A DNA stretch of 63,896 nucleotides, filler included, from Licmophora abbreviata (Eukaryota): the NCBI GenBank assembly GCA_900291995.1. It is 9 parts of 9 records of this genome, joined end to end, with 100 filler letters (N's around TTAATTAATTAA, not from the genome) between each part and the next. Parts side by side here need not be neighbours in the genome. Positions count along the whole stretch, not along the records: positions 29,655 to 42,519 come from OLMU01002690.1; positions 42,620 to 47,227 come from OLMU01002692.1; 7 more parts are not named here. One strand, given 5' to 3'. The notes under the pieces were generated by a model, which worked only from the letters and a program-made list of their open reading frames with translations, had not been told where the DNA came from and did not search any database. Of this stretch, positions 35,319-47,008 are shown piece after piece. How positions within the stretch are numbered: the stretch's first letter is position 1; every line of letters starts with the position of its first letter. The translations under genes were made by a program, and so were the position numbers.

Positions 35319-36500
35319 ATGGCACCGAAACCCTTCGAGTACAAAGTAGACGGCTCGTTGAAATGTCCCGCGTCCCCCACCGTGAGTCGTCTCGATGGGG
35401 AAGAGACGAAACAGATTCGACGAAACAGTATTGTCACAGAGACGCCAGTAAGCTTTGAGTACAAGGCGCCTCCACTGTCGCTCGTCGTGCTGGGAATCTT
35501 TGGCCAAGATGGCGAATATGACTACGTACAAGAGAAATACGTTACCCCTCCCATGACTCGCTACCGTCTCATCACCACCGACCCCGAACACGAGGATTAC
35601 GAAGATGCCAGATTTATACCAGTCGAAGGCCTCGTCGCCGAGGACGGCCCACACGACTTTTATCACAACGACCGGAGCGAAGGCCTACCAAAGATAGGAG
35701 ACCGCGCGATTCTATTTCAGAGCATTGAGAATTACGAGACCGTCAGCAAAGCTCCCCAAATTGCAGAATATATGCACTTCCACGACAAAGACTACCAAGA
35801 CGAGAATCAGCCTGTCACTCTCACGGACCGGGAACTCCTCAAGGAACGTGCACTGGCTGATAGTCGCTTTGGCGAACAGATTATTGTCGAAGGTGCATCG
35901 CCGGAGGACATTGCGCTTGGAGACATCTTTGAAGTCGCTGGCGGCTCCAGTACTCTCAAGGTCCAAGTCACATGCCCCCGAAAGGCCTGCTACTACCTCG
36001 ACAAGAAGAACAAGACGCCCATGGGATCTCGAGGAATCAAAAAATATGCCACGCAGTATGGTCTCGCTGGGTGGTTCACGAGTGTTCTGGTCGAAGGCGA
36101 GCTCAAGGACGGCATGTCTCTTGTGCGCACCGAACACCCGTACCCCAAGTGGACCCTTGCCAACCTGTCGCACGCTCTTTATGGTGGCGAGGGAGACCTC
36201 AAAGCCTTGAATCGCGGCGCCGCCAGCTGGGGTCGATCCAAAGAAGAGCTCCAGGAGCTCATGGACATTGAAATTCTCTGCGGTGAAGAATGGAAAGACG
36301 AGCTCCAACCCCTGATGGACAAAATTATCGAAGATGAAGGCATTACAGGCCAAATAGAAACGACAGTCTCTTCGTGGGTGGAATCCGTTACGAGTATGTT
36401 TTCACAGCTTTGCGTGGTACCGACGACCATTGCGGGGTGTATGGAATTTGGTACTTTCGAACATTTTGAAGATGATTTTGGTGCCAAGTGGACGTCATGA
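35319..36500 (+). CDS. MOSC-domain protein (YiiM-like)
   Basis: FGEQI.VEG...I.LGDIF...QVT.PRKAC..LD...GWF..VL.EG...G..L....HP.P.WTL, with the conserved MOSC Cys. Confidence 0.8.
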   Translation: MAPKPFEYKVDGSLKCPASPTVSRLDGEETKQIRRNSIVTETPVSFEYKAPPLSLVVLGIFGQDGEYDYVQEKYVTPPMTRYRLITTDPEHEDYEDARFIPVEGLVAEDGPHDFYHNDRSEGLPKIGDRAILFQSIENYETVSKAPQIAEYMHFHDKDYQDENQPVTLTDRELLKERALADSRFGEQIIVEGASPEDIALGDIFEVAGGSSTLKVQVTCPRKACYYLDKKNKTPMGSRGIKKYATQYGLAGWFTSVLVEGELKDGMSLVRTEHPYPKWTLANLSHALYGGEGDLKALNRGAASWGRSKEELQELMDIEILCGEEWKDELQPLMDKIIEDEGITGQIETTVSSWVESVTSMFSQLCVVPTTIAGCMEFGTFEHFEDDFGAKWTS

Positions 36501-36816
36501 TGCGATCACGACAGGTGTCTAGAACGCGTGTTGTTGCACTAGGTGATGTCAGTTATTGCGTGTGCAGGTTATCGACTGAATAGAACAGGTCGATCAAAGC
36601 TTATGCATTGTCCTCTCAGCCGTGTGGATGCTCATAATGATATAGATCTATTTTTGTTTGCCTTCATCACGTATATGCAACTATCATACATCAATTCTGC
36701 GTTCCGGTCCGGTAGAAGTAACTTTGTATGTCCTTGGAATTATGTGCGGGTACGGACGACAGCATTGCACTCTTCTCCAAGGCAGCCATGAACCTACGTA
36801 TATCCTAAAGTAATTG

Positions 36817-38460
36817 TTAGTCTTCACCGTACACAAGCTCAGGAGATGACGGCGGGTCGTCGTCGTCATCTCGGCTTCTGATACGTCGTGTACGAGTGGA
36901 TTCCGCAACGTCGAGAGGCTCGTCGTCGTCCGAACTAGCACCGTCGTCGTGAGATCCAAAGACAACATGATTATCCTCATTTTCCTCATCGTCATCATCG
37001 GCCGTCGGAGCCGGGACGAGACGTCGACGACGTGGACGGACCGCACGATCATGTGTTGCTGCTATTGTCCGACGGCCATCTGGCACAACCGTCCCAAACA
37101 AAGGAGCCGCTGACAAGGGACGCTCCTGCTCCTCCTCACTATCACTACCGCCACTGCTGCTGTTGCTCTTATATAGGTTGCCTGCTCGTTCCCCATTCAT
37201 TTCCAAGTCCGTGGTGGATTCCGGTTGCGACGATGCGCGTCCTCTTCCCTGATGGATGGTTGTATTGTTATTCCGAGCACCCTTTCCCCCTTCGTCGTCG
37301 TCGTCGTCGTCTAGCAATGGCAGCAAGAGAAAGTCTACAAAACTAGGCGATCCGTCTCCGATATCATCGATCGGCACGACTTGATGCTGGATGGCAATCA
37401 TGCCATCTTGATTGATGCTAATACACGTTTCTTGCGCACTCTCCAGTGCCCGCATCCCCAACCACAGTGCGTAGAGCGGATAGGTGCGTGCCTGCGGCGA
37501 GTTGCACTCCAAGAACAAGAGGCACGAAGCACTTCCATGGTCGTCCGGTATGACATCTGCCGAGGAGGGAGGTGGTAGCAAGGACAGGACGACTTCACAC
37601 GCATGCCCCACGACGGCCAGTTCGAGTCCAGTGTCGGGAGAAATGGCAACGGTACAGCGTGTAGAAGTATCGTTGACATTGTAACACTCCAATTCTTGCA
37701 GTGCATCCTTCAAAACGTCACTCTGTACCAAGAGTCGTGCTGCAACGGGAGTGGATCGAAAGGCGGTTGCGAGCGAGGCAATGTTGTTCGTGTGGTCGTG
37801 GGCCGCGTAAAGTCCTGGAATGGCGGCCTTGGAGAGAAGCGCTGCACCTCCCGCGTCGTCCAGCAAGAGTTCCATGTGCAGCACTTCTTGAGTGGCATTG
37901 TAGGCCAGGCCGACCTTGCATCGATCGAGATGGTGTGTGCCCAGAACGTGGAGGCACTCCAGGACTGTCGTGAGATTGACACAGAATGAGGGCGGTTGAT
38001 GGGTGCCGTCTTTGTTGTTCGACACTCGATAGTCGGCAAAGAGTCCTGCCTGCAGGTCGACACTGGCATGACTGGTGTGAGCCGCACCCTGGACATGGAA
38101 CGTAAGAGATGTTGGATGACAGACGACCGTGACGGGAAGTAGCTTCTTATTGTTGCTGGCTGCTGCTGCTGTTCCGGAATACGACAGTGAGGTCGATGCG
38201 GACGTATTCGTAGTGTTGTTCAGGCCTGCCTGATGACGACCCTTGTCCATGACTAGGCATCGGAGGAGTGTGGAAATGACACGCGAGGATTCACATTGAC
38301 ATGACAAGAGGTACTCGTCTTCTTCTTCTTCTTCGTGCTGCGGCTCGTCGCCGGTGTGTCGCGCGGAAGATGACATGGATGCAGCGGGTGAGAATGACGA
38401 TCGTGGAGTCTTTTGCGTTTGAGACGGTGTCGTCGCTGGATCTTCATTGAGTTCTGACAT
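36817..38460 (-). CDS. RAD1: Cell-cycle checkpoint 9-1-1 clamp subunit Rad1
   Basis: PCNA-fold motifs LFADY, FCVNLTTVLECL.VLG, L.DALQEL and AL..A..TCISINQDGMI.IQH..FVDFLLLP. Acidic C-terminal tail. Confidence 0.8.
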   Translation of the reverse strand: MSELNEDPATTPSQTQKTPRSSFSPAASMSSSARHTGDEPQHEEEEEDEYLLSCQCESSRVISTLLRCLVMDKGRHQAGLNNTTNTSASTSLSYSGTAAAASNNKKLLPVTVVCHPTSLTFHVQGAAHTSHASVDLQAGLFADYRVSNNKDGTHQPPSFCVNLTTVLECLHVLGTHHLDRCKVGLAYNATQEVLHMELLLDDAGGAALLSKAAIPGLYAAHDHTNNIASLATAFRSTPVAARLLVQSDVLKDALQELECYNVNDTSTRCTVAISPDTGLELAVVGHACEVVLSLLPPPSSADVIPDDHGSASCLLFLECNSPQARTYPLYALWLGMRALESAQETCISINQDGMIAIQHQVVPIDDIGDGSPSFVDFLLLPLLDDDDDDEGGKGARNNNTTIHQGRGRASSQPESTTDLEMNGERAGNLYKSNSSSGGSDSEEEQERPLSAAPLFGTVVPDGRRTIAATHDRAVRPRRRRLVPAPTADDDDEENEDNHVVFGSHDDGASSDDDEPLDVAESTRTRRIRSRDDDDDPPSSPELVYGED

Positions 38461-38677
38461 TCTGGATGGCGGTGCGGTCTTTCAAGGCTGGGCTGGGGGA
38501 AACGACGCCGTTGTCTTGAATGTGCCGTCGTCGCCACCATGGTGGATGTGATTGCGCGGAAAAAATGGCGCGCTCGCATCCTCCGGGGGACACGTACGCA
38601 GCACGGACTGTCGTCTGGCCACGCAAAAAACTCTCGCAACAGTGTCACTTTTTACTTTTTGGCAATTTCATTGAACC

Positions 38678-40498
38678 ATGACGGACCCAACAGCAGCGGC
38701 AGCAGCCGATGGTGCAGCCTTGGGCGTCTGGTCAACACAGCAGAGTGTCATGAAGCGTCCTCGTTCCACATCGCCACAGCCATCTGCCTCCGTCAACAGC
38801 AGTAGGAGTCGCACTTCTTCATCCTATCAGCGACGCTCTTACAATACCAGCGCGAATACTGCGTTGGCATCGGCATCCTCTCCCGACAGCTTGGACTTGG
38901 CGGTCAAATTGAAGGACGAATCGCAACGCACCGACGCTCTCAATGAATTGTTGAAACTCAGTGCGAGTCATGATCAGAATCATATCATGGGACGAAATGG
39001 AGACAAACTTCTCCAAGCACTGGCAACGATTGTGCAACAGACGCTTCACTGGGATGCCAGCAGCAAGAACAAGGAGTCCTCCGCAGGCGAGGACGATCGC
39101 GATTCAACGAAACCACTCGTCTTTTCTTCGAAATCAGCCTGGAAGGAATTTCCGATAGCATCCCAGCAAGCTTGGATCACTCATGTCCGGGAACACTTGC
39201 CGGATGTGTCTCCAGAAGGCTCGCAACGACTGCACGTCGTCTTGATGATTCTGCGCAATCTTTCTTTTGTGGCAGCCAACGCGCGATGCATGGCCTATTC
39301 TACCTCCACATTGAATCTGCTCGTGGCGTGTCTCTATGAAACGCATACGGACTCGAGCGAAACGGAAAGCACGAATACTACTTCTACAGGTGCCTACGGA
39401 GCATCGTCCTCTTCGTCACATGCTACCAATAATACTATGACAAGCTCCAACAATCTTGCTCTTTATGCATTGCACACCTTGTTGAGTACGTCTCCCTATC
39501 TTGACATTACGGGACAGTCACTCCTCCGAGACAAGCTCTTTTTGGATCCCACACTGCGCGAGACTCTCATGACGGCCTCCCACGACGATCCCAAAGATGT
39601 CGTGTCTCTATCCCAGCTCGGTTGGGGTGGCTTGGGCTTGGCCAAACGGTTTGATACCAAAGAAGATGTTTTGGAAGTAGTCGACGTGGAATTTCGTCGG
39701 CAAGTTACGCAAGAGTATATCGCTCATGTCTATGCCCTCTTTCCAGCACTTCGCTTTGTGTTGACGCATCCGAACTCTCCGCGACCCAACGTAATGTTGG
39801 CCATGGAGGTCTTGAGGGAATTCCTCGATCATCATACGGGCGGCGTCGTCCTGCCGGATGGACTCGACACGCCCGAACCGGAATTCCCAAACATGTCTTG
39901 GATATTGCGAGAGCTGCCGCAAGACATGCTGGAGCGATTGGTCGATTGCTTGTGGATTCCGCGGTTGGGACCGGATGCCATGGATTATGTCAATCCTGTC
40001 TGCAACATTGTGTCTCGCGTCAGTGCACTGAAGTTGTTGATGGGATACGATGCCACCGTGGATACCGAACTACGCGACCGGTCGTTGGATGTCTTAGCTC
40101 CATGGTTGGGACTGAGCAGTACCGTGTGCGCGTCTCGATTGACGATCGACCCTAGGACGAAGCGTACTCGCACACGCCTCTACGATGGCTTGTTTCCAGT
40201 CTTGTCGACCCGAGTGGGACGCAACGAGGCATCGATGCTTGCCGCGCAAGTCTTTCGGTATCTGGCGACCTCGCCCGACAGCGCGCGGGGCCTCTTGTAT
40301 GTGCAGGAGCGCATCGTGGAGTTGGCGAGTCGCGATGCGCGAGTGGCACAGTTGGTCTTTACGCACCTCTATGTCGATCGGGATGCACAACATGACGACG
40401 GTGAAGAAAACATGGATGACAGTGAAAACGAAGAGGGTTTCGAAGAAGATGATGGTGAAGAAGGCGGGGACTCGCAGAACGATGCGGACATGGAGTGA
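38678..40498 (+). CDS. ARM-repeat protein resembling SWI/SNF subunit BAF250_C/ARID1/LFR
   Basis: 606-aa ORF with DALNELLKLS, ILRNLSFVAANAR.MA, D.ELRDRSLDVL and ERIVELA motifs. Confidence 0.6.
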   Translation: MTDPTAAAAADGAALGVWSTQQSVMKRPRSTSPQPSASVNSSRSRTSSSYQRRSYNTSANTALASASSPDSLDLAVKLKDESQRTDALNELLKLSASHDQNHIMGRNGDKLLQALATIVQQTLHWDASSKNKESSAGEDDRDSTKPLVFSSKSAWKEFPIASQQAWITHVREHLPDVSPEGSQRLHVVLMILRNLSFVAANARCMAYSTSTLNLLVACLYETHTDSSETESTNTTSTGAYGASSSSSHATNNTMTSSNNLALYALHTLLSTSPYLDITGQSLLRDKLFLDPTLRETLMTASHDDPKDVVSLSQLGWGGLGLAKRFDTKEDVLEVVDVEFRRQVTQEYIAHVYALFPALRFVLTHPNSPRPNVMLAMEVLREFLDHHTGGVVLPDGLDTPEPEFPNMSWILRELPQDMLERLVDCLWIPRLGPDAMDYVNPVCNIVSRVSALKLLMGYDATVDTELRDRSLDVLAPWLGLSSTVCASRLTIDPRTKRTRTRLYDGLFPVLSTRVGRNEASMLAAQVFRYLATSPDSARGLLYVQERIVELASRDARVAQLVFTHLYVDRDAQHDDGEENMDDSENEEGFEEDDGEEGGDSQNDADME

Positions 40499-40637
40499 GA
40501 AGTTATGTTTATCTGAGGTTCCTACTATGCAGCTAGATACATTGTCCTGCTGTCGAGGCGTGATTCGACTGGGTATGGAAGCGGTGTGAAAAGATGGCAT
40601 CGTTTCCGTTTCATCTCTCCGCCTTGAGGCAGCATTT

Positions 40638-40781
40638 CTAGTCCTTCTTTTTCTTGTTGTCCAGCTCTTTTCTCAATAGTCCAAACCACACTGTCAGTGC
40701 AATGCCCTGCAAGACAATGACCCCAACAAGCACCCACTTGGCAGAAGTGGGCAGGTTGTCGATCGCAGTGTACGCCGCCAT
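40638..40781 (-). CDS. Putative 47-aa single-pass membrane microprotein with a C-terminal di-lysine motif
   Basis: Hand-translated: MAAYTAIDNLPTSAKWVLVGVIVLQGIALTVWFGLLRKELDNKKKKD*. It is below the ORF-track cutoff and sits in an otherwise empty intergenic gap. Confidence 0.6.
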   Translation of the reverse strand: MAAYTAIDNLPTSAKWVLVGVIVLQGIALTVWFGLLRKELDNKKKKD

Positions 40782-41319
40782 TGCAATGAATGTAGATTGT
40801 GTGTGTCGTGGCGCGGTACTACAGATTGGACTGTGTGCGATAATGTCAAGTTCAAAAGGTCAAATTTGCAATTTGCGTATACTGCCCTTTCGCACTCCAA
40901 GTTAGTTCCAAGATCGCACGATCCTACACTGCGGAGCAAAAACAAGAAATTACAGTATGCTGGTAGTGCACAGAGGGTGCAAACTGAAAGAAGGGTAACA
41001 ACAGAGGTCTTGCGATCGAGCGCGACCACATTCGTTTTTGTGGTTTCTTTTGACGTGTGTGTGTGTTTCTCGCGGCGTGCCATTTTTTGGTCGAAAGAGT
41101 CCTCATAGTGATCGAACTCGATGTGTTGACACAAACATTATAGACACACACAACACACACACAAACGTCGGAGGACGCAGCGACGAGCGCTGATGCAATG
41201 TCGGCCTCGACCACGTTCGCCTGAGTGATTCAATTAGTTTGTTAAAAGATGGATACACCTCCGATGAAGAAAGAAAAGACAGAAAACCATCAATCCGTTT
41301 GAAACTCGCACCGCCGACC

Positions 41320-42247
41320 ATGCACTACAATTACTGCAGCACGTCGTCGTCGCTCGGGACGGTCTTGTTGCTTCTAGCTTCTACACCACTGTTTTCCAAA
41401 GCGTTTGTGATGCAAACAGATCGCGTTTCCTCAATACGTTCTACTCAAAGAAACACACACCCGCTCTTTCTCGCGCCTCAGCAGCTGGGATCCTTCGATG
41501 AACTTCTGTCTGGCGAACAAAAACACGCAGACTCGCTCCAGCAAGATCAACGAAGAGTGGCACTCTACGATTGGTCCACGGAAGACCCGATTGCGTTTAC
41601 CGAAGCGTGGGACTGGCAAAAAGACATTGTGGAATCGCAGTTGGAGAGACTCGGAGACGGGCAGCAATCCTCGTCGTCATCGAGCAGTGCCGGTGTCGAC
41701 ACGGTCATCCTGCTGCAACACGAGCCAGTCTATACGCTAGGAACTGCGTCAGATCCCTCCTTTATTCGAATCGACAACAACAACAAGATGACGTGCAGAT
41801 TATTCGTATGGATCGAGGTGGGGAAGTAACATACCATGGCCCAGGACAGCTTGTGGTATACCCGATTCTGGATTTACGATGTTACCGTCAAGATATTCAT
41901 TGGTACATGCGTGCTCTGGAGGAAGTTGTCCTCCGGGCGCTTCGCAAGACAGGAATTGCGAACGCCGAGCGGCAAGACGATGTGACGGGTGTGTGGGTAG
42001 ACGATCACAAGGTGGCGGCGATTGGGATCAAGGCGAGACGGTGGGTTACCATGCACGGACTCGCAATCAACGTGGATGAGACGTCCCTAGACAACTTTGA
42101 AGGCATCGTTCCATGTGGATTGGAAGGTAGACGAGTGGGATGTGTCAATCAGTTCCTGGATGACCTGTTTCTATGGAAGCGTTTGTTGTGCATGTAAAGG
42201 CTGCAATAGAAGAGGTGTTTTGTATTCGACTAGACCGAGTCGAATAG
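41320..42247 (+). CDS. lipB: Octanoyltransferase LipB, plastid-targeted (two 1-nt frameshifts in the assembly)
   Basis: SKA-FV presequence. Motifs LLQHEPVYTLG, DRGGEVTYHGPGQLVVYPILDL, TGVWV...KVAAIG and HGLAINV...F..IVPCGL. Frame breaks at ~41786 and ~42164. Confidence 0.92.
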
Positions 42248-42864
42248 ACAGTCACTGTAGGGGACGACTGCTGGGTAACAAATAATGTCATAGCTCTATG
42301 ACACCAATACTCCTACCGTGCATGTCCCTTTCCAACTCAAATCGAAATCATGTCATTGTAGATACTAGATCATAGATAGTGGACCTCAGCGGAAACCGCC
42401 GCCGTAACTGTATGTGGGCGAGTGAGGCCAGTGGGATCGATCGCCGCCTTGTTGTCCGCTTCGAAACTGCTGCTGCTGCTGCTCGAAAATAAGAGCCAGC
42501 TGTTGAGCTTCGTAGGAATNNNNNNNNNNNNNNNNNNNNNNNNNNNNNNNNNNNNNNNNNNNNTTAATTAATTAANNNNNNNNNNNNNNNNNNNNNNNNN
42601 NNNNNNNNNNNNNNNNNNNCAGGGTCCGTACGGCGCCCGTGTGAAGATTTCAAACCGGATACGTGCCGGCATGCGTCAGTAGTATACCCACGTAGCGTTG
42701 TACGTCTAAGAAAATAGCGCACCTCCTGAAAGGTTCAAGACATCTATCTCGTCGGCTTTGTGCATAGCTTTTGTACTGGGTTGTACGCAGCAGGGGACAT
42801 TCGTTCTCTTCCGAGGGAACATCAGAAGAGCAAAAAGCAATCATCGGGAGAAGAAAGACTGAGC

Positions 42865-43838
42865 ATGGCGAACCGAGATTTGACGGAAGAAGAGGTGGAC
42901 GACCTCAAGGAGGCCTTTAACATGTTTGACATTGACGGTGGTGGTGAGTTTGATTGAGAAACAGAGCGAGAATCGATACGAAGTCGACAGACACTTCAGA
43001 CCCGTGTTTGTGTGTGTAGATCATGCAGCGACACCGCGCAATGTCCATGTCGACAGCACTAGCAGTATCGCAAGGCAAGCTGGATTGTTTCATCGATGGG
43101 GGCTTCTTTCGTTCGTTTCTTTTGTAAACGTCGGTTTCATGCCAATCGTCCTCCGATCCTTGGAAGCGACAATCTCAATTCGCCGCTCACAGTGGAGGAT
43201 CTTGTTTCCAGAAATTACGCTTGACTCTCCCTCCTATGCTGCTTTTGCTCTTTTTACAAGTCGCTTACGACATCGTTTCTACCTTTTTACGCAAACACAT
43301 TCACTTACGCACAGGGACGATCGAACTGGACGAACTCAAGCAGGTCATGAGGAAGCTCGGCCAGAACCCCACCGAGGGGGAGCTCGTCGAAATGATCAAT
43401 TCCGTCGATGAGAATGGCGACAACGAGATTGACTTTGAGGAATTCTTGGTCTTGATGAAGTCCCGGATTGGCGAGAAGGATCCTGACAAAGAACTCAGAG
43501 ACGCCTTTGCCGTCTTTGACGCCGACGGATCCGGATCTATCGATCGGAAAGAGCTCAAGCGACTGATGAAAAAGTTGGGGCAGAAGCTTTCCGATGCAGA
43601 GGTCGACGCCATGATGGATGAGGTCGATACAAATGGCGACGGGGAAATCAGTTTCGAGGAATTCAAAGCCATGATGGTACGTGTGCAATTAATTATTAAT
43701 AGTGCAACTGGGACTCCTGAGCTGTGCAAGAGCGAGTGCTGTCAAGCGAAAGTGTGCATCTCGTCGTCGAATTTGTCTCCTCACCACCTCTCGTCTTCTA
43801 CATTCTGCACGACATTCCATCTTTTGCAGCAATCCTAA
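42865..43838 (+). CDS. Calmodulin-like EF-hand protein (149 aa, 3 exons)
   Basis: Exons 42865-42943, 43315-43676 and 43830-43838. Four EF hands ([48 protein letters not shown]) and LGQNPTE. Confidence 0.93.
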
Positions 43839-44267
43839 ATTGTATCCTACTGTGTATGGGTTACTATGATCGTTCAAGAAACGCTATGGAAACAGTTCGC
43901 TCTACGTCAACACGATGCGAGGTGGCGATTGGGTACCACTGTAATTCGTAGTCAGTTTGTTTTTCTTTGTCGTCACGATGAGTACTTTGTGACGCGTTTG
44001 AGAGTGGCGTTTGTAGCGAGACTAAGTTACTATTAGGCTTTCAGATGGTGGCTCATCAAGGAGTGAGGTCTGTATAAAAGGCGACTCAATAGTTCTTTTG
44101 CAACTGCTCTCACGCGCGACGGTTATATCCGATTGCGGCATCTGTTCATGGCTACATTATGATACTGTCGAGAATATACTCCATGACTACTGTCTTCCTT
44201 GTATCCTCTTGATTGAATACCACGGCTTTCCTCAACTCGCAGACTCGCTCGTGTGCTGGGCCCAAAC

Positions 44268-45344
44268 TCAGCACTTGAGCCCCAACCCGACACCCCATCG
44301 GAGTCGCCGTGTCGAACCGATTTTTGCCCGCATGTTGGAGTGACGGAAACGATAATGGTCCATATCAGTGGTCGGTGATGTGATATCTTCGTCTCCAATC
44401 AACATACAAATCTCGGGAAGCGGTCTCCATCCCATTTCCCCTTGGGATGACCGTTCTGGAATGGGGCTGAGCGTAAGACAGTCTGGACAAACTACGAATT
44501 CCGCGTCGGGGACGCATTGCAGGACAGCACTACACGCAAAACAAGAGAGCGTTGCAGCATATCCCCTTTTCCACAGCAGTCATAGTTTCCTCCGATCCTC
44601 GGAGTTTCATGTACTCTCCTGGAGTTACTTCGATCCGTGTCGAGTCATCGTGAATAGACGGATTTCTTGCGATAGTACTCACTGGCGACCTTGGTTGCAT
44701 GTAAAGAATCGTCTGGTTTTCTTTCTCTTGGAGTGTTGGGATCACGGAATCGGTGATAGAATTTTCGGCACTCCAACCGGTGTGGAGTTCAACTTTCGCG
44801 TGATCTTCTCGTCTTGTTCGATCCAAGTCACGTTCGGTGCTTTCTGCACGAACGCCGCCGATGCAGAGTATCGACGCTGCTCAAGTTGGTGCCGACCTGT
44901 GTGCACAGAGATTGTTTTGCCTTGCCGATGAAGAGGACTGGGTGGGTCATCATATTGTCTTGGTGAGGTAGCTGCGTAATGGTTATTGGTGGCACTTGAA
45001 GCAAGTCGAAATGCCTCCGACGCGGTCATGGTGTTGATCTTTTCAACAGAGGAAACCTGAGGATATAGCGGCTCTTCCTGAATGGCATGGTTCCGAGCTC
45101 GAAGATGTCTGCTCGGGATGTGCCTTCCTCTAAGACATAAGTTAGAAAGGTCGACCGTATTCTGACCCATCTGTAGGGATACTGATGACACGAAATGCAT
45201 TGAATGTTGACGAGCTCCTGGTTCGCAGACATCGTTCCTATTGCCTACGTAAGTTCCATTCATTCTGCCTGATGCGACAATGGGGGGCATCAACTCGGTG
45301 GACGATGCTTGATGCTGCGAGGTTCTAATAGACGAGTGTTTCAT
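44268..45344 (-). CDS. Low-complexity protein with a C-terminal Cys4 zinc-ribbon-like domain (two frame breaks; error or pseudogene)
   Basis: IEVTPGEYMKLRGSEETM.AVEKG, then after an extra G at ~44565 YAATLSCFACSAVLQCVPDAEFVVCPDCLTLSP...GVGLGLKC*. Another frame break lies between 44742 and 44826. Confidence 0.55.
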
Positions 45345-46064
45345 GCTTCGTCGTCTCGTCGGAGAAAAGCAAGAGGACGTCTCGCCGGAGAAAAGAAAGA
45401 GAATGAGATAAAAAATGGCGGCTAATGTGAAGATGTGCTCACGCCCAACAGGTTCGCAAAAGTCTAAATGCGTCTAGATGGGGTCATTCGCTTAAGTGCT
45501 TTGGTCATTCTTCAAATACAATCACTCCTAGGAAGCATTGTTTCCGATAGCGACATCGAAAAGCTATGCCTCGGACTTTTTGATAGGCCCTCTCAGGATC
45601 GAACATGATATCCATGCTTGGCGGATTGGGTTGATGTAGTTTTTCCAAAAGGTGTGTCTATCTTCTACTTCATACGTTTCCATCCGTGGTATTAAGAAGA
45701 AGAATGACCTTCAATCTAAGCGAAGGCCCTTTGTTGACTACCAGGCACCACCGCCTGTATCTCCCCGGCTATGCAATTATTTAGGCGATGAGGGTAGGAG
45801 ACAACCTGAATCTTTTTCGTCTTGCAACAGACTGCCTGTTGCAAAGATACGACAGAAAAATCACTGCGATCGTAGATGACTTTTACTACCTTGTCAAAGA
45901 CTTCAACAAAAAGGTTTGCTCTTTTTAGCTAACTACGCGATTCATCCAAAGAAGAGGAGAAGCCCGAGATGAACCAGGATACGACCTACGTGTGACCCAG
46001 CTGCGTCGACTCAGCCAGCGAGAAAGAGATCCCACCACCCTACCCTCATTCACAAACTTCTCGA

Positions 46065-46422
46065 TTATGGTGGACGCTTCGACACAGTCGACGCAATATA
46101 CGGCTTCAGCTAAGGAAACAAACGACATGAAAAGCCCGCTCGTTAGACCGTAGATCCTCCGTGCCTGGACTAGATGAGGCGATGCGACATCGCGTCATCT
46201 GAATGAACATGAACATCACAATCACTGATAATTCCTTACCCTAAATCCAGACAAATCAGGTACCACCAGCTCGAGTCGCCGGGAGTGATCAACGACGAAT
46301 CGATTTTTGGATGTCAGTTTTCCTTCCTTGGTGGATCCCTTTCCTTTATAGAAGCCCTTGCGCACTCGCTTGGTAGTGATGGGCAATCGTTTTGTGGCCG
46401 ATTTACTCAAAAACTTGGACAT
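46065..46422 (-). CDS. MRPL41: Mitochondrial ribosomal protein mL41 (MRP-L27 family), 2 exons
   Basis: KRLPITTKR..KGFYKGKG....G......FVV.......VVPDLSGF|LKPYI. Intron 46239-46110. Confidence 0.9.
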
Positions 46423-47008
46423 GAAGCGACACGACGTTTGTAGATTAGTGGGGAGTGTTATCGAGATGCGAGAGGCGACGACGAATTTGGAAACGAGCGA
46501 AGGTAGCAGAGAGTTCATTGTGAAATCTGAGGAGTACAGAATCTGATCTTCACACACAGCAGAGAAATATGACGATCAACTAGAAACAGAGGGTAGTCGA
46601 GATAGGAAAAGTGCTTTGGACTGAGGAAGCACGCACTGCTGCTTCATTTCCATGGTTGATGGTCGCCCACAGAGTATCGAGACATCGGGCGCGTCGCCCT
46701 CGCGAGGGCCGTTAGAATGTGATTGAGTTTGAAATTCCTGATGCCATCGTTGCAACGATGCCTTCTGATTGGGCCAGTGGCGAGTTGGTACAACTCTCTG
46801 TAGAGTGTACGAGGACCAATGACATTTTTCTGGCCAACCGACGGCGCCGGCAAGCCAAAAGAGCAAAAGAGCGACTTCACATTGATCACATCGCGACCAT
46901 GAAAGATCGCGGGAGACGAGTGAGCGTCAACGCCTGCTGGAGCTCCTCTCTTATCGCTGCAAGCACACACTGCAGTCGAAACACGAACTTTGATTATTTG
47001 GTGCAACA

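Noticed and set aside
41770..42170. Programmed ribosomal frameshifting in lipB
   Set aside because: There is no canonical slippery heptamer, and similar indels occur in several unrelated genes, so sequencing error is more parsimonious.
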